A DNA stretch of 64,000 nt from Octopus vulgaris (taxonomy: Eukaryota): contig OX597837.1 of NCBI GenBank assembly GCA_951406725.2, forward strand, positions 43,524,001 through 43,588,000. Direction: 5' to 3'. A model generated the notes under the pieces. The model ran no database searches. It was not told where the DNA came from and saw only the letters and a list, made by a program, of their open reading frames with translations. How positions within the stretch are numbered: position 1 is the stretch's first letter; every line of letters begins with the position of its first letter. Below are positions 27,073-41,642 of the stretch, piece after piece. Made by a program: the position numbers and the translations under genes.

Positions 27073-27169
27073 CTTGTTTTATTTATATTTCCTGAGCGCC
27101 ATACTAATACAATTGTTCGTTTGTCTTCCACCTGCCTTCGTCTTTTGTCTATTTTCATAAAGCTTCCCG

Positions 27170-27222
<53 letters not shown>

Positions 27223-27229
<7 letters not shown>

Positions 27230-27357
27230 GAAGGAGCTTCTACAGGACTAGAACTGTTTCATTCAAGAGAAATCTTCAGGAAGCTTCCTGAAGATTTCTC
27301 TTGAATTTCTCTTGAATGAAACAGTTCTAGTCCTGTAGAAGCTCCTTCTATATAATA
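27223..27357. repeat. Loop-less palindrome centred on AAGCTT, ~60-bp arms, 11-bp duplication in the right arm
   Basis: TATATAGAAGGAGCTTCTACAGGACTAGAACTGTTTCATTCAAGAGAAATCTTCAGGAAG|CTTCCTGAAG...CTCCTTCTATATA. Confidence 0.95.
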
Positions 27358-27426
27358 AATTAATTTTACTCTGCTATGTATTGAGTACCTTATTTACTGT
27401 GGTTAACCCCGAATCAACCCGGGACC

Positions 27427-27492
<66 letters not shown>

Positions 27493-28153
27493 TATATACA
27501 TACATATATATATATATATATATAACTAAACATTGGCGCAAAGTACTGTTTAGATTTGAGATGAGTTTAAGTTAGTTGAAATATGTTTGTCACATATTTC
27601 AACAGCTAAAAGTGCACTGCGGTTGTCGTGGAGTAAAATTCTCTCTTATGGTAAAAGGGTGTGAAAAAACCAGTTCGTTCAGTTAGGAACGCCATCTGTT
27701 AGGAATCTCAGACATCGATGTTTCGAGGGGTGTTTTGTACTCTTGTAAATGAGACGTACCAAACAGAGGCAACTCTCCATGAACCAATTAATGCTTGTAG
27801 CTTTATATATATTTCAGTCATCACGTTGACTGATTTACACTATAAGATCGTCCGATCGAGATAAATAACGAAGCACTGGTGCAAAGCAGTGTTTAGGTAT
27901 GAGGATAATTTTGGTTAGTTGAAATATTTATATCGATCAGGCGATCTACTGGCGCAAATCTGTCAACGTGTTAACTGAATTATATATAAGGCAACAAGCT
28001 TTATTAAATTTGTTCAGAGTTGTCTCTCTTAGACACATCTCATTGACAAGTGTCAAAGAACTCGAAACATCGATGAAATTCTTTCTAACTGCAGTGTATT
28101 TGCCTTTAGCAGTTGAAGTATGTGACAAACGTATTTCAACTAACCTAAATTGT

Positions 28154-28229
<76 letters not shown>

Positions 28230-28864
28230 GAGATCAACACAGAAACACACACTCGTACCACATACACACACACACACACATAAGTGTATGCGTATGCATG
28301 TATGTCTTGCTCAGTACAGCTGAAAAATGAACTTCAAACAAAATATTTACGCACGATCGCATTGAACAAAGCTTGCTGTAACAGATGTTAATGCAATGAG
28401 GTTAACTGTATAAAAACTTAATCCTTTCCAAGTACATTCTTACATACATACATAATTATTTATATATGTATCTATACAAACACACACATATATATAGATA
28501 GATACACATATATATAAGTAACTATATATATATATATATGTACATATATACATATGTGTCTTTGCATATATACATACACATATATACATATATATGCATA
28601 TATATATATATATATATATATACCTTCCTATATATTTACGTTTGTATGCATATATGTTTATATGAATGAATATTTCTTCAACACAAAAGGCGCTTCTCTG
28701 CACGCACTGCTCTCATGGAGGTGAATTGCGATGCCTCGTCAGCCGGAAGAAGGCAGGAATTTGGATGTATATCGTATATATAACAGTCATATACATGCTA
28801 CCTTTTCCCTCTGCTTCTCTGAGTGTATACACACTTAGATTTACACACACAAACGCACACACAA

Positions 28865-28917
<53 letters not shown>

Positions 28918-29127
28918 CGCACGTGCACACATACGCTCACATACTTATGTACGTACGTATGTGTGATTGTGAGCATATATATATATATGCACATACACAC
29001 ACATATATATGCATATTGAAGTGGATGGGTTTTCTCGCATTCCTCCAAAGTTAAGTAATATACGTTCGTATATATATGTGTATGCATATATATATATATA
29101 TATATATATACATACATATCTATCTAC

Positions 29128-29199
<72 letters not shown>

Positions 29200-29214
29200 A
29201 TATCTATCTATCTA

Positions 29215-29266
<52 letters not shown>

Positions 29267-29467
29267 TAGATATGCATATACAAACATATATCTAAATATA
29301 TATACACATGTACATACACACTCGCATACACATATATACATACATACATATATATATATACATGTATATATATGCATATATATATACATGCATATATATA
29401 TACATACATATACATACACATATATATACATATAGATATATATATATGTATATATCCATATATATAT

Positions 29468-29501
<34 letters not shown>

Positions 29502-29905
29502 GCAGGCCGACGTAGGAAAGAGAGAAAGGTATTCCGAAGCAGAGGAAATAAAGACAAGCAACTGTATAGAGTATTGCAAGAAATAAATACGAAAGGAAAT
29601 ATATTAGGAATTTACAGGTAGAATTGATGCCAAAATGATTCCTCTGGGTACACAATCATCTCTCAATAATCCACCATAATCCACTTTGATACATTATTTC
29701 GCAACTATGGAACACTTGTCTTGCAAAACCGCCATGAGCGTCATCACTGCGTATTGATGATAAATGATACTGTTTTAGTAATGGCAGGATAGTCTGTGTA
29801 TGTGGGTGCATTTGTCTGTGTGGCTGTGTATGTGTGAGTGTGTAGTAATTGTGTATACGTACACACATATGCATGCGTACGTACAAACGTACATATGTAT
29901 ATATC

Positions 29906-29962
<57 letters not shown>

Positions 29963-29977
29963 GTGAAGTTATGCTTT

Positions 29978-30027
<50 letters not shown>

Positions 30028-30203
30028 TATATGCGTATGTGTGTATATGTACACATATCACTTTTTATATACATACATATTTGCATGCGTATATGTACAT
30101 ATATATATATGTGCGTGCATATTAGATATATTTTCTCATCTTTGTCAATACACACATATATGTATGTACGTATGTATGTATATATATATATATATATATA
30201 TGC

Positions 30204-30245
<42 letters not shown>

Positions 30246-30373
30246 TAATGATATACATATATATATATTCATATAGATATGCAGATGTATATATAAATAC
30301 ATACATATATATAAATATGTATATATGTATAAATACTCACACACACATGCAGACACACACGCGCATGCACGTG

Positions 30374-30404
<31 letters not shown>

Positions 30405-30752
30405 GCACACATACGAACTAGCAATTTGCTTTCATGTAAGCGAAGTTAACCTTTATGTCTATACACACCATTTAATGATACCACCACAGAATCGCACCAC
30501 CGCAAACAACAACTACCACCACCACTACCGCCAATGCTACCATCACTACCACCACCACCACCACACCACTCTCTGCCCAAAACAAAATAAATAAATAAAA
30601 GAGATAAATAAACAAATAAATAAATAAGTAATCGACTGAAGAAGAGAATGGAAAGGAAATCGATTTTCCATACAACACTTCACTATTTATATGTGAACAG
30701 TTGATTCGAGATGTGAGCGAAGCCGAAAATCCTTACAGTGGCCTCTTCTTTC

Positions 30753-30754
<2 letters not shown>

Positions 30755-30850
<96 letters not shown>

Positions 30851-30915
30851 TATTATCATTATTATTATCATTATTATTATTATCATTATTATTATTATCA
30901 TTATTATTATCATTA

Positions 30916-30961
<46 letters not shown>

Positions 30962-30989
30962 GTTGTTGTTATTATTATTTTTATTATTA

Positions 30990-31023
<34 letters not shown>

Positions 31024-31080
31024 CATTATTATTATTATTATTATCATTATTATTATTATTATTATTATTATCATCATAAT

Positions 31081-31115
<35 letters not shown>

Positions 31116-31179
31116 TTATTATTATTTTTATTATTATTATTATTACTACTATTACTACTACTATTATTATTATTATTAC

Positions 31180-31212
<33 letters not shown>

Positions 31213-31340
31213 CATTATTATTATTATTATCATCATCATCATCATCATCATCATCATTATTATTATTATCATTATTATCATTATTATCATTATTATCATT
31301 ATTACTATTATTATTATTATTTTTATTATTATTATTATTG
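30755..31340. repeat. (TTA)n/(TCA)n/(CTA)n compound microsatellite
   Basis: Direct reading. Confidence 0.95.
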
Positions 31341-33305
31341 CTGTTGTTGTTGCTGTTGTTGTTGATGGAAAGAGAGGAGGTGATTGTTAAGCTGTCCATA
31401 GTCTAAATACACGACTTCTCTGTTTGTGGTTTCATAAGCATTGGATTGAGAAGCATTACACCTTACTAATGAACTTAGATGGATGTTGAAGTGTGTACCC
31501 ACCCCACCCCACCCGCACCCCTACAAAATATGAAAGATCTCCAGCGATGCAATAAAATGCATCTGTATTGAATGGAACGCATGCGCGCACACACACACAC
31601 CCTCTTCACGTATGTTTTGCATGTTTGTATGTATGTGTCTGTGTATATGTATGTGTGTGTGTATATATGTATGCTTGTATGTATACATATGTAAATATAT
31701 ATATATATATATACATACATATATATGTGTGTGTGTGTGTTTTGTGTGTACATCTGTCTGTGTGTGTTTGTGTGCGTATATATACGTCTGTGAGTGTATA
31801 CATATGCATAAATATATTATATATGTAAATATGTATATATATATATTCATATATATGTATATATCTATATGTATATATATGTATATGTATATAGATATGC
31901 ATGTATATATATATGTATATATATATGTGTATTTATATATATATGTGTGTGTATATATGTGTATATATGTATATATATGCATATATATATGATATGTAAA
32001 TATGTGTGTGTGTGTACATATTTACATATATATGTATTTACATATATATGTATTACATATATATGTATTATGTGTATTTCTATGCATGTATCCATGTGTG
32101 TTTGAACGAATGAGGCTACATGTTTCTTGCTTTCATGTGTAAATGTACTAAGAGTTATATAACATGCTTATTCGGCATTTATCATCTTATGGATATTGAA
32201 AATGTCGCTGGAAGCCGTAGCTTTCATTTGTTGTTGCATCACGTGAATACTCTGAGGAGATCAAAAACTAAATAAATATATAAATAAACAAATAATATCG
32301 GACCCCTCCAAATTGTTACTCGTTTCTAATTTCATAATAGCTTCTTCAAGCATCAAATATTTAATATACGTTTCAACACAATTCTCTTTTGGAAAAAATG
32401 TGTAATGTTTATAGAATTAATGTTGCGACTTTTGCAAGCAAGTTCCATTGTTCGTACATATTTACCAGGAGCTATCGTCAATAATGCGAATATGGGTATT
32501 GTTTAGGGAATAAATTTGTGAAGAAGATACAATAATATCATTAATATTAAAGGGACACGAGAGCTATTGGGGGATTTCTATTGAAGAATCCATCGGCTCT
32601 CTGCTATTCGTGGAAATATAACCTCTATATTTTAATGCTCAGAGGTCCGAATTATCTTTCTGTTGAAGCATGCTTCTTGCCATTGCTATCGTGAAATCAT
32701 GTTCAAATATGATAATGGATATCATAGCAACTTCCCAGCGGAGATCTCGAATGCTTTTTCTTCAGAAACAATCATTAATTCACCTGTACAATGCTTTGTT
32801 ATTCTATATTTACCTTTGACGGTATATTTTCCTAAATTAAACTTTACACAATAGAACCCTGTGTCACAATATAATACTTAAACACTACATCCATCGCACA
32901 CAGCATTTACCTTTATAGGAGAAAACTTTTCTTATCGCCGAATTCAATTCACTATCAGTTAAATTTTGTTCAGCCAAAGCTGAATCCATTTCGACGCTTC
33001 TTCATTATATAGCGTGAGGTCAACAGAATGTGCTTACTCCAACTAAGCACACGATAGTTTGGTGACTCTAGGTCACAGTGCTACGATGTCACAACAGAAC
33101 ATAGTGTTGTTTGGGAAGTTGTATCACCATTCGAGTATCACTAATGCTTTGCCACTTTCGTTCCTCAGTCCTTTGAGGTAATTTTATTTTGTTCAGTTTT
33201 CCTCTACACCAACTGATAAATGCGAACTTGCCAGGTCTTGCTCATTGATTTTGGGTATGATCGACTCTTGTTGCCCATTTTTCCCCACAAGTTTGTTTTT
33301 ACCTA

Positions 33306-33675
33306 TCATCATCATTGTTCGACCGTGGTCGAGACAATGGAGTTTACCATGCTACGCCAGACTTCACGGTCCATCATGGCATTACGGAGGTCCTGTTGCT
33401 GGATGCCTGTATCCCTGGAGATTACATCATGGTAGGAGAGTGTGCGCCCTCTGGTATTGCGAGCAGATGGCTTCCAGAGGAGAAGAGTAGAAATTACCTC
33501 GTTTTCAGTTCTACAGCAATGTCCAGCAAACTGGACTCTTCTACCTTTCACAAGAAATGATACAGGTGGTAATTTCCCATATATTTGTACTTTGGTTGGA
33601 TGACGCTTCCACGAGTGATTTTGAGCTCTCATAAGCAGGCGAGTGTAGGTTCCATCCAACCGCCTCTCAAGCTTC
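33306..33675 (-). mobile_element. 5'-truncated RTE-like LINE with (TGA)n tail and TSD
   Basis: Open frame LERRLDGTYTRLL..SWKRHPT...RRVQFAGHC...AMMDREVWR..EQ* running into TGATGATGA; TTTTTACCTA at 33296-33305 and 33682-33691. Confidence 0.9.
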
Positions 33676-34045
33676 TTTTTTTTTTTACCTAACTTGTCCT
33701 TTCCAGCCATAAAGGACACTTTTATTTGAATTTTGTTGACATTGAACTGGTATTTGATCCAACATAAGATGCCGTACTTTATATATTTGCAGGGCGTTTT
33801 CGTACTAGCTACTTATTCTCTAATGGCTGCTGTGGTCATTTCTCTCGGGAATAAAGCCTCTTAATGCGTGTTGCTCTCAAACTTCCTATGATCATATATC
33901 AGCAAAAATCTCAATCTACAAAGATCTCACTCGAGCTTCTTAGCGCGGGTAGGTCTTTCCTATAATGAGCTACCCTATACAGCTGCGTGCAGAATGTATG
34001 ATACCAGTTGCATAGTCATAATTAGGGTATTCAAGCATCTGTATA

Positions 34046-34940
34046 CGAGGGGGTACCCAAGAGAAACTTGAATTTTGCAATATTATTTTATTCACTTAGT
34101 TTTAGATGTTTCAAAGTATTCTCTATTTGAAGCAACGCATCGGTCCAGACGCGTTTTCCACAGTTCGAAGCAGTGTTGGAACTTTTGCGAAATGATACAT
34201 TTTAACGCCTCCGTCGCTTTTTTCTTCACCTCTTCCACATCTGCAAATTCCGTAGCACCAGGTTTCGTCACCAGTGATGACCTTCGGATCATCTTCCAAG
34301 ATCCGAATCAACTTCCAACTGTTCCTTCAGTTCACGACATCCATTCAGTCGTGATTGCTTTTGATCTTCCGTGAGCAAGCGAAGCATACATTTTGCTGCA
34401 TTTCTTTTCATTTGCAATTCTTCATTGAAAATTCATTGGTAGGAGTTCCAGGACACACCAGACATATCAACAAGTTCATCAATTGTTCAGTGATGGTCCT
34501 TCAAGATCAGTTCATGAAATTTCATAATGTTTTCATTCGTTCGGGAGATCGCCGGTTGTCCTGAACGATGTTGACCTACAAGTGACAAGTGACCATTCCT
34601 AAAGCGTGGTACCAGTCGTGAACTTGTGTTGTGCTCATGGCAGCATCCTTGTTAGCTGTTAGAAGCATGACAACTGTTTCGGCTGCCGTTTTCCTCAGCA
34701 GAAATGGAATTTCACGAAACCACGCCGTTCCTTTGTTTCAACCATCACAAAAATCGATGAACAGGGGAGAAGTACTGCAAAGCAAAGAGGCACCACGTGA
34801 TAGTATGACTAGACCGGACAACGCCGGTCGGCAGACTGATGCCTGAGGGTCACGTCAAGTGGACTCTAGTGGCGGAATCCTGAACTATAACAGCCTCGTC
34901 CCACAGAAAACGTTTCCGTTTACTTTTGGGCACCTCTTCG
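34046..34940 (-). mobile_element. Internally deleted mariner (irritans-like termini)
   Basis: TA|CGAGGGGGTACCCAA ... TTGGGCACCTCTTCG|TA; N-terminal KTAAETVVML..RSGQP, then VITGDETWCYG joined directly to C-terminal FADVEEVK..FQHCFELWKTRLDRCVASNREYFE. Confidence 0.9.
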
Positions 34941-35334
34941 TATTTCGTCATGGCATATAAATCTGCATCTGCACGCTTGAAAAATATATTGAGTTGTCAG
35001 GAGAAGTCATTTGGTTTTCTTTCTGCTGGGTCCTCCACCTTTATGCAAATTTTTTAAAAATTACCCAAAAGTTGCAGCGGATGAATGGAGAAACAAAAAG
35101 ATCATAAACACTACAATAAATATTGTTAGAAATTATTAAAATGACAGGAAAGGAAAAACAAAAACGAACGAATTTATCTGGCAAAACTATATTTGTATTT
35201 CTCTTAATTTCCATCGTGTTGATGTGCACCTTGTTATCCATACAAGAAGCCTACACTTACCTTTTATTAAGGATACATTCTGCTTTTGTGTCCAGCTTAT
35301 TCACCTTAAGGAATGTTTTGTCAATGAAGCTCAG

Positions 35335-35544
35335 AAGCTGACAACACACAAGCTCTGGTCTTCTCGTAGGCCTTTGCACTGGTAAGAACTCGTTCTTCTG
35401 GGATGTCATATGCTCGAAGGATCTTCACGATTTTCTTACGAGGAATGCTGTCAAACGCTTTTCTGAAGTTCAGGAAAATTATAATGGTAGGCAGCTGTCT
35501 TGATTTAACTCATTCTATGATACACCTCAGGGCCAAGACCTGAC
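35335..35544 (-). mobile_element. RTE-like LINE reverse transcriptase fragment (inverted 5' segment)
   Basis: QVLALRCIIE*VKSRQLPTIIIFLNFRKAFDSIPRKKIVKILRAYDIPEE..YEKTRACVL (cf. FxDFxKAFDS). Confidence 0.85.
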
Positions 35545-35554
35545 AAACAAATGC

Positions 35555-35787
35555 CTGTCGAAAGTGAGTGAGAAGATCAGGCAAAGACGGCTGCGACTAT
35601 CAGGTCCCTGCGAGCGCCAATCTGGGCTGGAACCATCCGAATTAGTCCTGAGGAATCTACTTCCTGGTGATATAAGAAGAGGAAAACATTGTCACACTTA
35701 CATCGACAACTTGATTGCAGACATTGGCCTGAAATGTATCCAGGACCTCGAGGCAGTGATGTTGGACCTAAAAGTATGGAGGGCGTA
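35555..35787 (+). mobile_element. RTE-like LINE ORF C-terminus (probably resumes after the SINE at ~36178)
   Basis: ORF 35564..35788 SEKIRQRRLRLSGPC...RRG...TYIDNLIADIGL...AVMLDLKVWR, same motif order as the 33.3-kb LINE. Confidence 0.8.
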
Positions 35788-36170
35788 GGAGTGGCTGGTT
35801 TACCAACCACATGGTTCCGGATTCAGTCCCACTGCGTGGCATCTTGGGCAAGTGTCTTCTACTATAGCCTCGGGCCGACCAAAGCCTTGTGAGTGGATTT
35901 GGTAGGCGGAAACTGAAAGAAGCCTGTCGTATATATATATGTGTGTGTGTATGTTTCTGTGTCTGTGTTTGTCCCCCTAGCATTGCTTGACAACCGATGC
36001 TGGTGTGTTTATGTCCCCGTCACTTAGCGGTTCGGCAAAAGAGATCGATAGAATAAGTACTGGGCTTACAAAGAATAAGTCCCGGGGTCGATTTGTTCGA
36101 CTGAAAGCGGTGCTCCAGTATGGCCGCAGTCAAATGACTGAAACAAGTAAAAGAGTAAAGTGTAAGAGTA
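35782..36170 (+). mobile_element. SINE family A, near full length, with 8-bp flanking duplication
   Basis: AGGGCGTA at 35780-35787 (overlapping the SINE 5' end) and 36170-36177. Confidence 0.92.
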
Positions 36171-36804
36171 GGGCGTACTTTTTCTTATTGCGGCCCAGGT
36201 TGGAACCCGGCCATAAGAAGATCTCACAAGTTACCCAGAAGTCAAGACCGATATTTGCTCTGTCGTGGTACAAAGAAAATAGCATTTTATTTTATTTCAT
36301 TTTATTTCTTAAATTGTCCATCAAACAAACGTTTTTTTATATATATACCTTGGAAGATCATCCTTAAGTAACCTTGGTGAGAAGCAAGCACAAAAGAGTT
36401 GCAAGCTTACCATTATTAGCGTTATCCTGTCCATTGTATTTGCGATGATTCAAATGGATAAAGCGATCGACACGTGCAATCTAATGATTTTTTTTTTCTT
36501 TTCTGAAACAAAATACTTTGATTTTTAAAAGATTCCTTTGATGTAAAGAATAAGAAAAGATATTTCTTTAACCAAGACCGAAGATCAGTAAGAATTCTTG
36601 GAGGATATTTTGTCGTAAATGCTACAAGAAATCGTTTAAAAAAAAAAGTAAGATTTCCTATTCTCTTGACAGATTTATTTGTATGGAACAGAGGAAATGT
36701 AAACCAAAGACACAACAACAACAACAACAACAACAACGACAACAACGACAACAACAGCAACAACAACAGCAATAGCAAAATGAAAGCAATCAACTCAGAC
36801 ATAT

Positions 36805-37212
36805 TATTTTGCTTGTTTCAGTCATTTGACTGCGGCTATGCTGGAGCACCACCTTTAGTCGAACAAATGACCTACAGGACGTATTCTTTATAAGCCCTAT
36901 ACTTATTCTATCGGTATCTTTTTCTCGAATCACTAAGAGACCGGGACGTAAACACACCAACATCAGTTGTTAAGCGATTGTGGAGGGACACAAATACAAA
37001 CACAAATAACAAATACATAATACATATATATATATATATACACACACACAGACATATATACATATATATACAACAGGCTTCTTTCAGTTTCCGTCTACCA
37101 AATCCACTCAATAGGCTTTGTCGGCACGAGGCTATAGTAGAAGACACTTGTCCAAGATGCCATGCAGTAGGACTGGACCCAGAATCTTCTTACCACACAG
37201 CCACTCTTGCGC
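36805..37212 (-). mobile_element. SINE family A, full length
   Basis: Collinear with the other A copies. Confidence 0.9.
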
Positions 37213-37213
37213 T

Positions 37214-37311
<98 letters not shown>

Positions 37312-37335
37312 AGAGAGAGAGAGAGAGAGAAAGAG

Positions 37336-37400
<65 letters not shown>

Positions 37401-37879
37401 CATACATAGATACATAAATACATAGATAGATAGATATGTATGTGTGTATATATATCTGTATATCTGTGTGTCTTTCTGTGTGTATTTGTACACGCACACA
37501 CATATATACATATATATGGTGGCTGTGAAAAATACCCATGTTTAAGTATTTATCTAGGAGAAATGCAAAGAATAAAAAAAACTTTTTCCACTGCAAATGT
37601 CCCAACCCATTTTCTTTAGCATACACTCTGTAATCAATCCCCATAGATATGTAGGTAGTTATGAAGTTTACTTTGCCAGCGGATGCTTTCGAGTTCACTC
37701 CCACTGCGCGGATCTTTGGAACCATTATATACCAGAATATATTATAAACATATTATGCCGCAAAATCTTTTCTATTCCATAGCCCAAAAAATCATGCAGT
37801 TGGATTGAACTCGAAAGCTCATAATTGCCAAACAAAATTCTAAACTCCTGGGCCAAACCAGGTACCTTTATCTTAATCA

Positions 37880-38280
37880 TTCTTTACTCTCTTTACTCTT
37901 TTACTTGTTTCGGTCATTTGTCTGTGGCCATGCTGGAGCACCGCCTTTAGTCGAGCAAATCGACCCCAGGACTTATTTTTTGTAAGCCTAGTGCTTATTC
38001 TATCGGACTCTTTTTCCGAACCGCTAAGTGACGGCGACGTAAACACACCAGCATCGTTTGTCAAGCGAAGTTGAGGAAACAAACACAGACACACAAACAT
38101 ACACACACACATATATACGACGGGATTCTCTCTGTTCCCATTTGCCAAATCCACTCACAAGGCTTTGGTCGGCCCGTGGCTATAGTAGAAGACACTTGCC
38201 CAAGGTGCCACGCAGTGGGACTGAACCCGGAACCATGCAGTTCGTAAGCAAGCTACTTACCACACAGCAATTCCTAAGCC
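37880..38280 (-). mobile_element. SINE family A, full length
   Basis: Collinear with the other A copies. Confidence 0.92.
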
Positions 38281-38703
38281 TATTTCAGATTCATACATAA
38301 CCGTTAATATCAGAGGAAGTGGATAGATGTTCCAGATGGATGTAATCGAGGAATAATAATAACCACATCCAGACCACTTGAAAGAAATATTTTTGTTTTA
38401 ATGCTAAGGGAAGTAACTCTAAATGACTCATAGAGATAACGTTGACGTTTCACCGCTACCATGACAACCAACCAGATCGAATTATAACCAGATGGAAACT
38501 CCAGGCGGTTTATATGTACAGGTTTCTGATATTCAATTGGCTAAAATGTGTCAGCAGAAGAGCACCCGAGAGTCATGACCTGGATGCGACGCGGCCCCAT
38601 CCTGACACTGTGTATATGTGTGTGTATATGTGTGTATGTGTATATGTGTGTGTATATGTATATATGTATATATATATATATATATATGAGTGTGTGTGCG
38701 GAG

Positions 38704-38763
<60 letters not shown>

Positions 38764-39128
38764 TATATACAAATGTGGGTGTGTATGTGCGTATCTATTT
38801 GACATGCTTGTGTGAGCAAATCGTTATGCCTCTGAGTGTATGACCGTGTGATACATGAGGTATTACGTAATGAAATATGTTTTCAAGCAATATAAATAAA
38901 AACTTCTTTGTGAATACATTTAAATATGCAAATTTTCATAGAGGTACAAAGACACTCCCACACACATTGACACACCCACTTATAAACTCATACACTTTCA
39001 CATATATATATATATATATACTCATTGCTAATGAAAATATATTATCTGTGTGTAGACAAACTCTTAAATATAAAGAATATCCGTAAAATAGTGTTGCGCA
39101 GAAAATAGGATAAAAATTTAAAACTAAC

Positions 39129-39176
<48 letters not shown>

Positions 39177-39244
39177 GTATAAACACACATATATGTATGA
39201 ATACATATATATACTCATAATATTGCGCTACTCGCTGTGTGCAT

Positions 39245-39545
39245 AGGTGCAGGAGGGGCTTTGTGGTAAGTAGCTTGCTAACCAACCACATGGCTCCGGG
39301 TTCAGTTCCACTGTGTGGCACCTTGGGCTAGTGTCTTCTATTATAGCCTCGGACCGACACAAAGCCTAGTCAGTGGATTTGGAAACTGAACGAAGCCCGT
39401 CGTATTTATATATATATGTTTGCCTGTCTGTGTTTCTCCCCTCAACATCGCTTGACAATCGAAGCTCGTGTGTTTACGCGCTTGTAACTTAGCAGTTCGG
39501 CAAAACCGACGGATAAAATAAGTACTATGCTTACAAAGAATATGT
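39245..39545 (+). mobile_element. SINE family A, 3'-truncated
   Basis: GGTGCAGGAGGGGCTTTGTGGTAAGTAGC ... CTTACAAAGAAT. Confidence 0.88.
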
Positions 39546-39694
39546 GGGTGTTTGTGTATGTGTGTGTGTAGCTATATAGATAAGTTTAAAGATGGATCTA
39601 TACATACATGCTTACATATGCAAATTGTATATACATAATGTAAATATATATATATAAGTATATATATATGTTTATTTACATATGTATATATGTT

Positions 39695-39746
<52 letters not shown>

Positions 39747-40150
39747 TGTCTATATATATATATATATATCTATATATATATATATATATATATATATAGA
39801 TATATATCTATAAGGCTACACACAGACACCCATACACACACAAATATACATATATGTATATGCAAGCATATATGTATATATTATATATGGAAATTTGCTT
39901 GTAAAATATATTCATAAAGATTTGTGTGTGTGTGTGTATGTATGTCTGTATATAGCTGGATAGATATGTATATAGGTAAATCCATATCTACATCATATAT
40001 ACATATGTATGTATGTATATATCTATTAAATCCATATATACATCATATATACATATGTATGTATGTATGTATCTATTTCTTTATATATAAATGTATATGT
40101 ATATTTATCAATCTATCCATCTATTTATATGGTTCCATACACACACAGAA

Positions 40151-40202
<52 letters not shown>

Positions 40203-40557
40203 ATGTATGCGGATGCATGTATATATTATACATGGAAATTTGCATGGAAAATATATTCTTAAAGAAATTTTATACTTACAGTGACAAAAGAAATATTCAT
40301 TGATCTAAGAAGAATGTACGGGCGACAGGTTATACTCGCTTAAAGTTATTCATACAAAGACGTACCCGAACATGCATACACATAGTTCTATCTACGGATA
40401 TATATATATATATGTGTGTGTGTGTGTCGGGAGGTGTTTGTGTGTGTATGTGTGTTCGTTTGTGAGTGAGTGTATAAATACTACACTACACATACGATAA
40501 GCTGTATGTATGCATGTTTGTATGTATATACGCAAATATTTGCACACTAAAAATTAA

Positions 40558-40770
40558 TTCTTCTTCTTCTTCTTTTTCTCCTTCTTCTCGTCCTCCTTCT
40601 TCTTTTTCTTCTTCTCCTTCTTCTCCTTCTTCTCCTTCTTCTTCTTCTTCTTCTCCTTCTTCTTCTACTTCTTCACTTTCTTCATTTCCTCCTCCTCTCC
40701 CTATTCTTCTTCTTCTTCTTCTTCTTCTTCTTCTTCTTCTTCTTCTTCTTCTTCTTCTTCTTCTTCTTCT
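40558..40770. repeat. (CTT)/(CCT)n polypyrimidine microsatellite
   Basis: Direct reading; source of the poly-R/E ORF. Confidence 0.95.
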
Positions 40771-41291
40771 CATGTTCTCATTACTACATTACAACATCAG
40801 CAGATTATGCAAGGAGATATCCAACCACATTCACACCAACACACACAAGCATATATGTATGTATATATGCATGTTTTCATGTGTGTGCGTTTGTGTGTGT
40901 GTGTGTGTATGTGTGAATGAATGTGGGTGTCTTTGTCCAAAGTCATATCTAATTAACTATATGCATACGGAAAGTAAGCAACACACACACACACACACAC
41001 TGACGTATGTATATATACATATATACACACATATGCGTGTGTGTCTGTGCAAATATATATATGTGTACATATATATATGTATATATATATATAAATGTAT
41101 ATATACATATATATATATATATCTACATACATATATTCATATACATATATATTTATACATACATATATATGCACACACATGTATATATCTATATGTACAT
41201 ACATAAGTACACACATATACACATACATACATACATATACATATACATACATACATACATACATACATACATACATACATACATACATACA

Positions 41292-41337
<46 letters not shown>

Positions 41338-41529
41338 ATATAATGTCATTTCCTGTATGTATATTTGAATTGAATTAATCTCATTTACATTGAAAGTTAT
41401 TTCTAACGTACAGAATTGCGCGCGGAGACGCATTGTTGGACACACTCACAGCTACTCCCACGCATTCAGACAGAAATACGTTGATGAATGGATGAATAAA
41501 TTGCTAGAGAGAGAGACATTGATGAATGG

Positions 41530-41567
41530 AGAGATAGATAGGCAGAGAGAGAGACAGAGAGACAGAG

Positions 41568-41642
<75 letters not shown>

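Noticed and set aside
32560-33010. Weak piggyBac-like peptide hints on the minus strand (YKGKCCVR, CD.GFYCVKF)
   Set aside because: Too short and degenerate; no TTAA/TIR pair identified; needs a tblastn search
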